From positions 219,704 through 283,703 of the forward strand of contig JAJYWL010000016.1 in assembly GCA_021791545.1 (NCBI GenBank): a DNA stretch of 64,000 nt. Reading direction: 5' to 3'. Positions 57,026 through 64,000 of the stretch are shown in pieces; the stretch's first letter is position 1, and each line of letters opens with the position of its first letter. Under the pieces are notes generated by a model. The model did no database searches and was not told the DNA's origin. It saw nothing but the letters and a program-made list of their open reading frames with translations. Source of the stretch: a bacterium. Lineage in GTDB: Bacteria; Patescibacteriota; Microgenomatia; Levybacterales; UBA12049. A program made the translations under genes and the position numbers.

Positions 57026-57799
57026 TTACCTGATTATCAGGAGCCAAAAAAGAAGAGTAAGGATGATTCTGTAAATTCCAAAAGGTATAAAACTATGAGT
57101 TTGTACGAAACTCAAAAACCATTTTACAGCGATTAGAGCAAAAATAAAAGCACCAAAAAATCCTACAAGTAGAATTACAATTTCGGAAGAAGTATAGTTA
57201 AAATTGCTTTTGACTAGATCTAGACCTGAAGCTGCAAGCATTGTGGGAACTGCGAGAAGGAAAGAAAATTCAGCTGCAGCTTTTCTTTTTGTTCCAAGAA
57301 AAAGAGCAGAAACGATCGTTGCGGCAGAACGTGAAACTCCCGGAATAACTGCAAGGCTTTGAAAAACTCCGATAAGAAATGCATTTTTATATGAAATTTC
57401 GTTTATCGTTGCAGCATGGTGTTCTTTTTCTTTATAGATCAGTTCTAAAGCTATTAAAGCGATACCTCCTATAAAAAGTGCAATTAGTGTTACGTATGTA
57501 TTTCCTAAAAGAAATTCTTTTATGAATTTAAAAAGGGCAAATCCTATTATTCCGGTAGGGATAAATGCCGTGATAATTCTTTTCCAGGCTTCTGTATCTT
57601 TTAGAAATGTCTTCCAGTACAAAACAACGATTGCAAATATTGCTCCTAACTGAATTATTATTTCGAAATCTTTTACAAAACTTGTCTGTGCAATTTTGAG
57701 GATATCCGAGGCTAAAATCATGTGCCCGGTTGAGGATATCGGAAGAAATTCGGTGATACCTTCAACGGCGGAGAGAATTATTGCATGAATAATATCCAT
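57026..57799 (-). CDS. uppP: undecaprenyl-diphosphatase
   Basis: EGITEFLPISSTGH motif; about 8 TM helices. Confidence 0.88.
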   Translation of the reverse strand: MDIIHAIILSAVEGITEFLPISSTGHMILASDILKIAQTSFVKDFEIIIQLGAIFAIVVLYWKTFLKDTEAWKRIITAFIPTGIIGFALFKFIKEFLLGNTYVTLIALFIGGIALIALELIYKEKEHHAATINEISYKNAFLIGVFQSLAVIPGVSRSAATIVSALFLGTKRKAAAEFSFLLAVPTMLAASGLDLVKSNFNYTSSEIVILLVGFFGAFIFALIAVKWFLSFVQTHSFIPFGIYRIILTLLFWLLIIR

Positions 57800-57853
57800 A
57801 AAAAGATTATATCAGAGTTTGCAAAGAGAATTTGGCTGAATTAGAATAAGTTA

Positions 57854-58207
57854 GTGGAAAAAAAAGAGAAAAAAGAAGAAGTTTCCTGGAATAAAAAGAG
57901 AATTTATTTAACTCTAGTATTAATAATATTAATACTAGGAGGTCTTTTTGCTGTTTATGCAAAAAATTATAAAGAAACAGCTGTTCTTAGTTCAAGAAAA
58001 GTCGTTGCCCCTCCCAGAATTGATCTTCAATCAGGTCTTGAAGACAAGATAAATAATATTAAGGCGGAAGCGGGAAATATAAATGTAACCGATATTGCAA
58101 CCTCTTCTCCTCAGGTGCAAAAAGTAATTAACGACCTTAGAAACCTTCAAAATTATCCTAAAAATCAGGTAAGGCAGGCCTGCGAAAATATCTGCAATAA
58201 TTTGTAA
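57854..58207 (+). CDS. membrane-anchored hypothetical protein
   Basis: ORF with one TM helix, 3 nt before prfB. Confidence 0.45.
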   Translation: MEKKEKKEEVSWNKKRIYLTLVLIILILGGLFAVYAKNYKETAVLSSRKVVAPPRIDLQSGLEDKINNIKAEAGNINVTDIATSSPQVQKVINDLRNLQNYPKNQVRQACENICNNL

Positions 58208-58209
58208 AC

Positions 58210-59214
58210 ATGGAAGAATTAAAGCAAAGAGTAGAAAAATTACTTGAAAATTTAGATCTCGAAGAAAAAAGAAAAAAAATAAGGGAAATCGAGGCTGAAA
58301 GCGCTAATCCTATTTTTTGGCAAAACCATGAGGAAGCAGCCGAGAAAATGAAAGAGATGTCCGTTCTTTCCGAAGAAATCAAAAAAGCGGAAAGCCTCGA
58401 AGAACATCTTAAATCCGAAAATACGGAGGAGCTTACAAAACTTCTCGATGAACTTGAGAACGTTTTATATTTTTCAAAGCCCTATGACAAGGGTCCTGCC
58501 CTATTGTCATTGCATTCGGGTCAGGGGGGAGTAGAGGCAATGGATTGGACAGGGATGCTTTATAGAATGTATACAAGATTTTTTGAGAAAAAAGGATGGG
58601 AGTTTGAAGTAATCGAAGAAACTCCGGGAGAAGAAGCAGGTTTTAAAAGCATAACAATTTCTGTTAACGGGCCTTATGCCTACGGATATTTGAGAGGAGA
58701 AGCCGGGGTACATAGGCTTGTAAGGCAGTCGCCATTTAACGCGGATAACTTAAGACAAACCTCCTTTGCTTTGGTCGAAGTTCTTCCCGATATTCAAGGA
58801 GACGAGGGTTTAGAGATTAAAGAAGACGATCTTGAATGGGACTTTTTTAGGGCCGGAGGGCATGGAGGACAGAATGTAAATAAAGTATCTACAGCCGTAA
58901 GGCTTAAACATAAGCCTTCCGGTCTTGTTGTCACTGCGCAAAGCGAAAGGTATCAGGGAAAAAATAGGGAATATGCGTTAAGGATATTAAGAGCAAAGCT
59001 TTGGTCTTTAAAAGAAGAAGAAAGGAAAAAGGAGGAGGCAAAGCTTAAGGGTGGGTATAAAACACCTGGATGGGGAAATCAGATAAGATCATATGTTCTC
59101 CATCCATATAAAATGGTGAAAGACTTAAGAACTGATGCGGAGACCTCAAATGCGGAGTCTGTTCTGGATGGGAATATAGATTTGTTTATCGACGAAGAAT
59201 TGAGAGTCCTATAA
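58210..59214 (+). CDS. prfB: peptide chain release factor 2 (no programmed frameshift)
   Basis: SPF tripeptide and GGQ motif in a contiguous ORF. Confidence 0.85.
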   Translation: MEELKQRVEKLLENLDLEEKRKKIREIEAESANPIFWQNHEEAAEKMKEMSVLSEEIKKAESLEEHLKSENTEELTKLLDELENVLYFSKPYDKGPALLSLHSGQGGVEAMDWTGMLYRMYTRFFEKKGWEFEVIEETPGEEAGFKSITISVNGPYAYGYLRGEAGVHRLVRQSPFNADNLRQTSFALVEVLPDIQGDEGLEIKEDDLEWDFFRAGGHGGQNVNKVSTAVRLKHKPSGLVVTAQSERYQGKNREYALRILRAKLWSLKEEERKKEEAKLKGGYKTPGWGNQIRSYVLHPYKMVKDLRTDAETSNAESVLDGNIDLFIDEELRVL

Positions 59215-59225
59215 TACCTCTTGGG

Positions 59226-59729
59226 TTGCCAAAATGGCTGAAATATGTTTTACTAAGTAGTATGGACGAAAACATGCAAAAAAAAGAAAACGAGAGTCTA
59301 GTTCATAGCTTCAATCAAAATCCAAATTTCAAGTTTACTCCTAAGCTTTTAGCCTTATTTTTAGTACTTATCGTTGCAGGAATTTTAACAGGCTATCTGG
59401 TTTCAAATCAGCCTGTGGGTTCAAAAAGCTCTAATACAGGCACAACCGCAGGTTCTAATTCTTCAGTTAAAAAAGGAACAATAGAGGGTTCCAATGACAC
59501 AGGCACTTTTAAAGATACTGCAGAGGGAGTTTTAAAACAAGGCGGAATAGACGGTGAAGGAGCTTTCCACTTGGTAAGACCCGGAGGCGACAGTCAAAAT
59601 GTATACCTTACCTCATCGATTGTTGATTTATCAAAGTACGTCGATGCAAAAGTTAAAGTTTGGGGGCAGACCCAAAAAGCTCAGGTTGCCGGTTGGTTGA
59701 TGGATGTAGGCAGAATCGAAGCACTCTAA
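59226..59729 (+). CDS. secreted/membrane-anchored hypothetical protein (start uncertain: TTG 59226 or ATG 59262/59274)
   Basis: TM helix followed by a Ser/Thr/Gly-rich region. Confidence 0.45.
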   Translation: MPKWLKYVLLSSMDENMQKKENESLVHSFNQNPNFKFTPKLLALFLVLIVAGILTGYLVSNQPVGSKSSNTGTTAGSNSSVKKGTIEGSNDTGTFKDTAEGVLKQGGIDGEGAFHLVRPGGDSQNVYLTSSIVDLSKYVDAKVKVWGQTQKAQVAGWLMDVGRIEAL

Positions 59730-59736
59730 AAGGCCT

Positions 59737-60543
59737 ATGATTAAATTAGATAACGTTTCCAAAAAATTTGCTACAGGTGTATATGGTCTTTCAAGTGTAA
59801 ATCTCGATATTGATAAGGGAGAATTCGTTTTTCTTATTGGTCCCACAGGTTCAGGAAAAACAACAATTTTTCGTCTTCTTACAAGAGAAATGCTTCCGAC
59901 AGAAGGAAATATAATGGTAAACGAGATGGACGTCGTGAATCTCCCAAATAGTAAGATTCCGCATTTAAGAAAAAACATAGGAGTCATCTTTCAAGATTTG
60001 AAACTTCTTTTCGATAGAACTATTTCTGAAAATATAATGCTTCCTTTGGAAGTCGCAGGTGTAAAAACCGAAGAAGCAAAAAATAAGGTCCAGGAAGTAC
60101 TGGAGCAGGTGGGATTAAAAGATCATCAGGATAAATTTCCAATTCAGCTGTCGGGTGGAGAATTGCAAAGAGCTGCTATAGCAAGAGCATTAGTTCTTTC
60201 TCCCGACATTCTTTTAGCAGATGAGCCGACGGGAAATCTTGATCCTGCGACTTCTTGGGAGATAGTAAATCTTTTAATGGAAATAAATAAAAAAGGTACG
60301 ACCATAGTAATGGCGACGCATAACGCAGACATTGTAAAAAGCCTTTCGAGAAGAGTAGTTGAACTTGAAAAAGGAAAAGTTGCAAAAGACACAAAAAGAA
60401 AAGATAAAAAAGAAAAGGAAGAAGTTAAGGAAAAAGAAGAAGTAAAAGAAAAAGACTTAAAAGAGGAAAAGGAGCCTAAGGAAGAGAAAGAACATAAGGA
60501 AGAGAAAAAAGATAAAGATGAAAAAGGGGAGGAAAAAGAATGA
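59737..60543 (+). CDS. ftsE: cell division ATP-binding protein FtsE with about 55-aa Lys/Glu-rich C-terminal tail
   Basis: ABC ATPase motifs (GPTGSGKTT, LSGGELQR) and a KEKEEVKEK repeat tail. Confidence 0.85.
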   Translation: MIKLDNVSKKFATGVYGLSSVNLDIDKGEFVFLIGPTGSGKTTIFRLLTREMLPTEGNIMVNEMDVVNLPNSKIPHLRKNIGVIFQDLKLLFDRTISENIMLPLEVAGVKTEEAKNKVQEVLEQVGLKDHQDKFPIQLSGGELQRAAIARALVLSPDILLADEPTGNLDPATSWEIVNLLMEINKKGTTIVMATHNADIVKSLSRRVVELEKGKVAKDTKRKDKKEKEEVKEKEEVKEKDLKEEKEPKEEKEHKEEKKDKDEKGEEKE

Positions 60544-61406
60544 ATTTTTTTAAACAAGCAGGAAGAAATATCAGAAGATCTCCATACCAGGCAATAGCAG
60601 CTGTTCTTATCATGATGCTTACTTTTCTGGTAGTTTCTTTCTTTACTTTTATTTTAGTAGGATCTTCGAAAATAATTTCGTATTTTGAATCGAAACCTCA
60701 AGTTACAGCTTTTTTTAAGAATGAGGCAAAACAAAGTGATATTGATTCTCTTAAGGAAAAATTACAGGCAACAGGAGAGATTTCATCGATTAAGTTTGTT
60801 TCCAAGGAAGAGGCGTTAAAGATTTACAAAGAACAGAATAAAGACGATCCTTTACTTTTGGATTTGGTTACGGCAGATGTCTTGCCTTCATCTTTTGAGA
60901 TATCAACAAACAAGATTGAGGATCTTTCTCCCGTTTCAGATACGCTTAAAAAATCTTCAATCGTTTCGGATGTAGTATTCCAAAAGGATGTAGTTTCGAC
61001 TCTAGCTTCCTGGACTAATGCAATAAGAAAGATAGGTGTTGTTCTTATTGTTCTTCTTTCCCTTGTATCCATATTTATCATGGTCACAATCATAGGAATT
61101 AAGATTTCTCAAAGAAGAGAAGACATAGAAATAATGAGACTAATTGGTGCCGGAGGATGGTACATAAGATGGCCATTTATATTTGAAGGAATTTTCTATG
61201 GAGTAGTTGGTGCGCTTCTAGGTTGGGCAATAGCATCCGGAGTTCTTGTTTGGGCGACTCCTTTCTTGGAGTCGTTCTTGAAGGGAATTCCAATTCTTCC
61301 TGTCCCTATTGTTTTTTATCTTGCCCTCTTGGGAATAGAACTCTTGTTGGCAGTACTACTTGGAGCTTTTTCAAGTTTCCTTGCAGTACTTAGATATTTG
61401 AAATAA
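60540..61406 (+). CDS. ftsX: cell division permease FtsX
   Basis: 4-TM topology with a large periplasmic loop. Overlaps ftsE by 4 nt. Confidence 0.85.
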   Translation: MNFFKQAGRNIRRSPYQAIAAVLIMMLTFLVVSFFTFILVGSSKIISYFESKPQVTAFFKNEAKQSDIDSLKEKLQATGEISSIKFVSKEEALKIYKEQNKDDPLLLDLVTADVLPSSFEISTNKIEDLSPVSDTLKKSSIVSDVVFQKDVVSTLASWTNAIRKIGVVLIVLLSLVSIFIMVTIIGIKISQRREDIEIMRLIGAGGWYIRWPFIFEGIFYGVVGALLGWAIASGVLVWATPFLESFLKGIPILPVPIVFYLALLGIELLLAVLLGAFSSFLAVLRYLK

Positions 61407-61415
61407 ATATGCCTT

Positions 61416-62681
61416 ATGTTTTTAAAGAAAAAATATATAGCAGGAATTCTTACAATAGTTCTTCTGTTTAGCCTATTTTTAGGTAAAGTTCATTCGCAGA
61501 CTGCAACCCCTACACCAACACCTACCCCTGACAATTCTCAAGCAATTACAGATTTGCAGAATAAAATACAAGATTTACAAAACAAGATATCTGATCTTCA
61601 AGGTCAGGAAAAAACTTTATCTTCTCAAATTTCTGTAATGGATAGTCAAATTAAATTGACAGAATACAAAATTGAAGCAACTCAAGAACAAATAACAAGT
61701 ATAACTATGGATATAGATACTGCGGAAAAGAAGATATCAAGCTTACAGAGTGCTTTAAATAATTCCATTACTGTTCTTTTAAATAGGATTGTGACGACAT
61801 ATGAAGTGGGTTCCATTCAGCCTCTTCAGATTCTGCTTACTTCGGGTTCAGCTTCAGATTTTCTTACAAGACTTAACTATTTAAAGCTTGCTCAGGCTCA
61901 TGATAGAAAATTAATTTATGATACCCAACAAGCTAAAACAGATTATTCCAATCAGAAAACAATTTTTGAGGATCAGAAAAAACAGGTAGAGGCATTAAAT
62001 AAACAACTTCAGGATTACAATAATCAGCTTGATCAAGAGAAAGCAGCAAAACAAACTTTACTCACTCAAACACAAGGAAGTGAGGCTAATTATCAAACTA
62101 TGCTTGCTCAGGCAAAAGCAGAACTATCGGCATTGTCAAGTTTTGCAAACGCTAGGGTAGGAGCTGGTGGACAGACTGTTCCTCATTCGGATATGTCTGA
62201 CGGCTTTGGTAAATATTATAACCAAAGGGATTCGAATTGGGGAAATAATTTCATAGGACAATCTAGTTATCAAATTTGGCAAGTTGGTTGTCTTCTTACA
62301 TCATATGCCATGGCTGCTTCTCATTTTGGAGGAAACGTAACTCCAGCAGATGTCGCTGCGAATACTGGAAATTTTTGGTCTTCCACTGCTGAATTTAACA
62401 TTCCTGGACCTTCTGCAAATGGGCACTCTGCTCAGTATGTAGAAAATCCTTCTTTAGATGATTTAAGAAACGCCCTCAACTCGGGAGCAGTGATAGTAGC
62501 AGGACTTTCTGCAGATGGGGGTCCCTATCCAAGTCACTATTCAGACCATTGGGTTGTATTAAGATCAGTGGATGGAGGTAGTTTTAGAATAAATGATCCT
62601 TGGTATGAGGGAGCTATGAACGTTTCCCTTAACGATCATTATTCTGGCTGGACTATAATTGAAGCAAGAATTTATAGATAA
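61416..62681 (+). CDS. PcsB-like FtsEX-associated protein: signal peptide, coiled coil, C-terminal C39-like cysteine peptidase domain
   Basis: Signal peptide, TPTPTP linker, Q-rich coiled coil. Cys at QVGCLLTSYAMA and a His in the DHWVVL region. Confidence 0.6.
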   Translation: MFLKKKYIAGILTIVLLFSLFLGKVHSQTATPTPTPTPDNSQAITDLQNKIQDLQNKISDLQGQEKTLSSQISVMDSQIKLTEYKIEATQEQITSITMDIDTAEKKISSLQSALNNSITVLLNRIVTTYEVGSIQPLQILLTSGSASDFLTRLNYLKLAQAHDRKLIYDTQQAKTDYSNQKTIFEDQKKQVEALNKQLQDYNNQLDQEKAAKQTLLTQTQGSEANYQTMLAQAKAELSALSSFANARVGAGGQTVPHSDMSDGFGKYYNQRDSNWGNNFIGQSSYQIWQVGCLLTSYAMAASHFGGNVTPADVAANTGNFWSSTAEFNIPGPSANGHSAQYVENPSLDDLRNALNSGAVIVAGLSADGGPYPSHYSDHWVVLRSVDGGSFRINDPWYEGAMNVSLNDHYSGWTIIEARIYR

Positions 62682-62686
62682 ATAAG

Positions 62687-63493
62687 ATAAAAAGAATAGC
62701 CCTTACTATTTGTCTTGTTTTTCTTAGCCTCTTTTTTTGGGGAACTAAAGCTTTTGCCGCAAGAAGTATATCTATCATCTCCCTAGATAAAGACACTGTA
62801 AAAGGAGAAGAAGAAATAACAGTAAATGCATCTCCCTCAGGATTTTTAACAGGGGAAGAATGTTATGTAAAAGGAGCTTTTTATCAGGATGGTTCAAGTA
62901 CAAATTATTTTGGGTATACAAAAAATGGTGATTCTTGGATAAAAAATAGCGAGTCAACAACTAATCAAAAAAAGGTAAGTCTAGATAGTTGGGATGGAAA
63001 GATTACGGTTAAAAGTGATTTTTCCGATAGCGGATATAAAGGAGAAGGAAGTTATAAATTTAAGCTTGGTTTTTATTACATAAAATCTACAGGTGATCCA
63101 TCATCGGTAAACTGGTCTTCAAATACTTCGGATATTACAATAAATGAAAACGATCCAACACCTACTTTTACAATTACTCCTGAAAAAACTCCTACACCGA
63201 CTACAACTCCTACCTTAACTCCAACTCCAGGTATAACTCCCTTGGCAACTTTAGTGTCTCCTTCTCAAATCGAACAAGAAGTTCTTGCTACCGAAAGCTC
63301 TTTCAATCTTCTTACTTTTTCTACTCCCTCTGCTACTCCTAAACAAAAAATCAAAGCTTTTGCCTCTTCTAAAACAAACCTTCTTCTTCCAATATTTATG
63401 TTAGTAGGCTTTGTCTTTCTCCTTACTTGTGGTATATTAATTTCTCGAAATATAATAAAGGGAAGAAATGAAATATTTAACAAAAAATTATGA
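62687..63493 (+). CDS. secreted protein with TP-rich linker and C-terminal TM anchor; no canonical start codon before the signal peptide
   Basis: Continuous frame from the TAG at 62675-62677. Begins (I)KRIALTICLVFLSLFFWGTKAFA. Only ATA/AAG codons are available at the start. Confidence 0.4.
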   Translation: MKRIALTICLVFLSLFFWGTKAFAARSISIISLDKDTVKGEEEITVNASPSGFLTGEECYVKGAFYQDGSSTNYFGYTKNGDSWIKNSESTTNQKKVSLDSWDGKITVKSDFSDSGYKGEGSYKFKLGFYYIKSTGDPSSVNWSSNTSDITINENDPTPTFTITPEKTPTPTTTPTLTPTPGITPLATLVSPSQIEQEVLATESSFNLLTFSTPSATPKQKIKAFASSKTNLLLPIFMLVGFVFLLTCGILISRNIIKGRNEIFNKKL

Positions 63494-63899
63494 AGAAACC
63501 CAAAAACTCGGAGAAGAGTTTTCAAAGCGTTTAAAAGGGGGAGACGTAATACTTCTTTATGGAGACTTGGGTGGGGGAAAGACTACTTTTGTTCAGGGGT
63601 TGGCAAAGGGATTAGGGGTTAAAAGAAGAATAATTTCTCCTACTTTCATAATAATGAGAAGCCATAAAATTGATAAAGGAGAAGTTAAAGATTTCTATCA
63701 TCTTGATTTATACAGAATAAAATCTAAAGACGATGTCGACGGTTTAGGTCTTGATGAGATTATAGGAAACAAGGAATCGATAGTGGCTATAGAATGGCCG
63801 GAAAGACTTTATGATGTTAGGGACGATGCCATCAGGATATATTTTGAAAACGAGGATGAAAATGAAAGGAGCATAGAAATTAATGGAAGAGATTTCTAA
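63468..63899 (+). CDS. tsaE: tRNA threonylcarbamoyladenosine biosynthesis protein TsaE
   Basis: GDLGGGKTTFVQG P-loop; about 143 aa. Confidence 0.85.
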   Translation: MKYLTKNYEETQKLGEEFSKRLKGGDVILLYGDLGGGKTTFVQGLAKGLGVKRRIISPTFIIMRSHKIDKGEVKDFYHLDLYRIKSKDDVDGLGLDEIIGNKESIVAIEWPERLYDVRDDAIRIYFENEDENERSIEINGRDF

Positions 63900-64000
63900 A
63901 GCAATTGAAATACTTAATCAGGGTGGAATAGTAATTTTCCCTACAGATACAGCTTATGGAATTGGTTGTAGGATAGATAAGGAAGACTCAGTAAAAAGAT
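63883..64000 (+). CDS. tsaC: L-threonylcarbamoyladenylate synthase TsaC/YrdC, 5' partial
   Basis: FPTDTAYGIGC motif; truncated by the window end. Confidence 0.7.
   Translation, partial: MEEISKAIEILNQGGIVIFPTDTAYGIGCRIDKEDSVKR

Noticed and set aside
58210-58320. Programmed +1 frameshift site expected in prfB
   Set aside because: The ORF is continuous from its ATG with no internal UGA, so RF2 is encoded without a frameshift here.
60380-60545. Reiterated gaagaagtaaaagaaaaag units, considered as a CRISPR-like or tandem repeat
   Set aside because: The units are imperfect, in frame, and encode the Lys/Glu-rich tail of FtsE. There is no repeat-spacer architecture and no cas genes.
1-64000. Stop-codon reassignment (UGA=Gly), as seen in some CPR lineages
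   Set aside because: Conserved genes end with TGA/TAA at expected positions (e.g. the integrase TGA at 23547) and RF2 is present, so the standard code 11 applies.

Overview
This is a low-GC (about 35%) bacterial chromosome segment. The gene content points to a small-genome Patescibacteria/CPR-like lineage. Evidence: no uL30 gene between uS5 and uL15, a class I LysRS, TsaD/TsaE/TsaC, RNase Y, many short genes, and standard stop codons with RF2 present.

1-10.8 kb: the distal two-thirds of the conserved ribosomal-protein superoperon (rplN 3' end, rplX through rplO, secY, adk, cmk, map, infA, rpmJ, rpsM, rpsK, rpsD, rpoA, rplQ, rplM, rpsI).

10.8-12.6 kb: DUF488, a polyprenyl synthase and a small XRE regulator, all on the minus strand.

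About 12.7-23.6 kb: a compositionally heterogeneous accessory island, with GC-rich genes next to very AT-rich ones. It ends at a minus-strand tRNA-Pro(GGG) whose 3' end is overlapped by a large serine recombinase gene. The island carries a Replic_Relax-family gene, a P-loop kinase-like gene, several Pro/Glu-rich hypothetical proteins, NUDIX, a beta-lactamase-family hydrolase plus a remnant of a second copy, and a DUF3800/XRE pair.

24-64 kb: housekeeping genes. These are recA-recX, rny, hup, a divergent RNase P RNA candidate, a UvrD-like helicase-nuclease fusion, rmuC, tsaD, a VanW protein, a solute-binding protein, greA, kbl-tdh, class I lysK, serS, secA, KGG and GlsB stress genes, a two-component locus with an embedded P-loop NTPase and a minimal MGMT, uppP, prfB, ftsEX with a PcsB-like coiled-coil C39-like hydrolase, tsaE and partial tsaC.

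A recurring pattern: many genes carry a strong -10 hexamer 6-10 nt upstream of the ATG with no SD, which suggests leaderless mRNAs. Other genes have classical GGAGGTGA SDs.

Nothing here can be called a confirmed new system from sequence alone. The most promising candidates are the tRNA-Pro-linked island with its kinase/acidic-helical/Pro-rich-protein operon, and the HK-NTPase-MGMT-RR locus.
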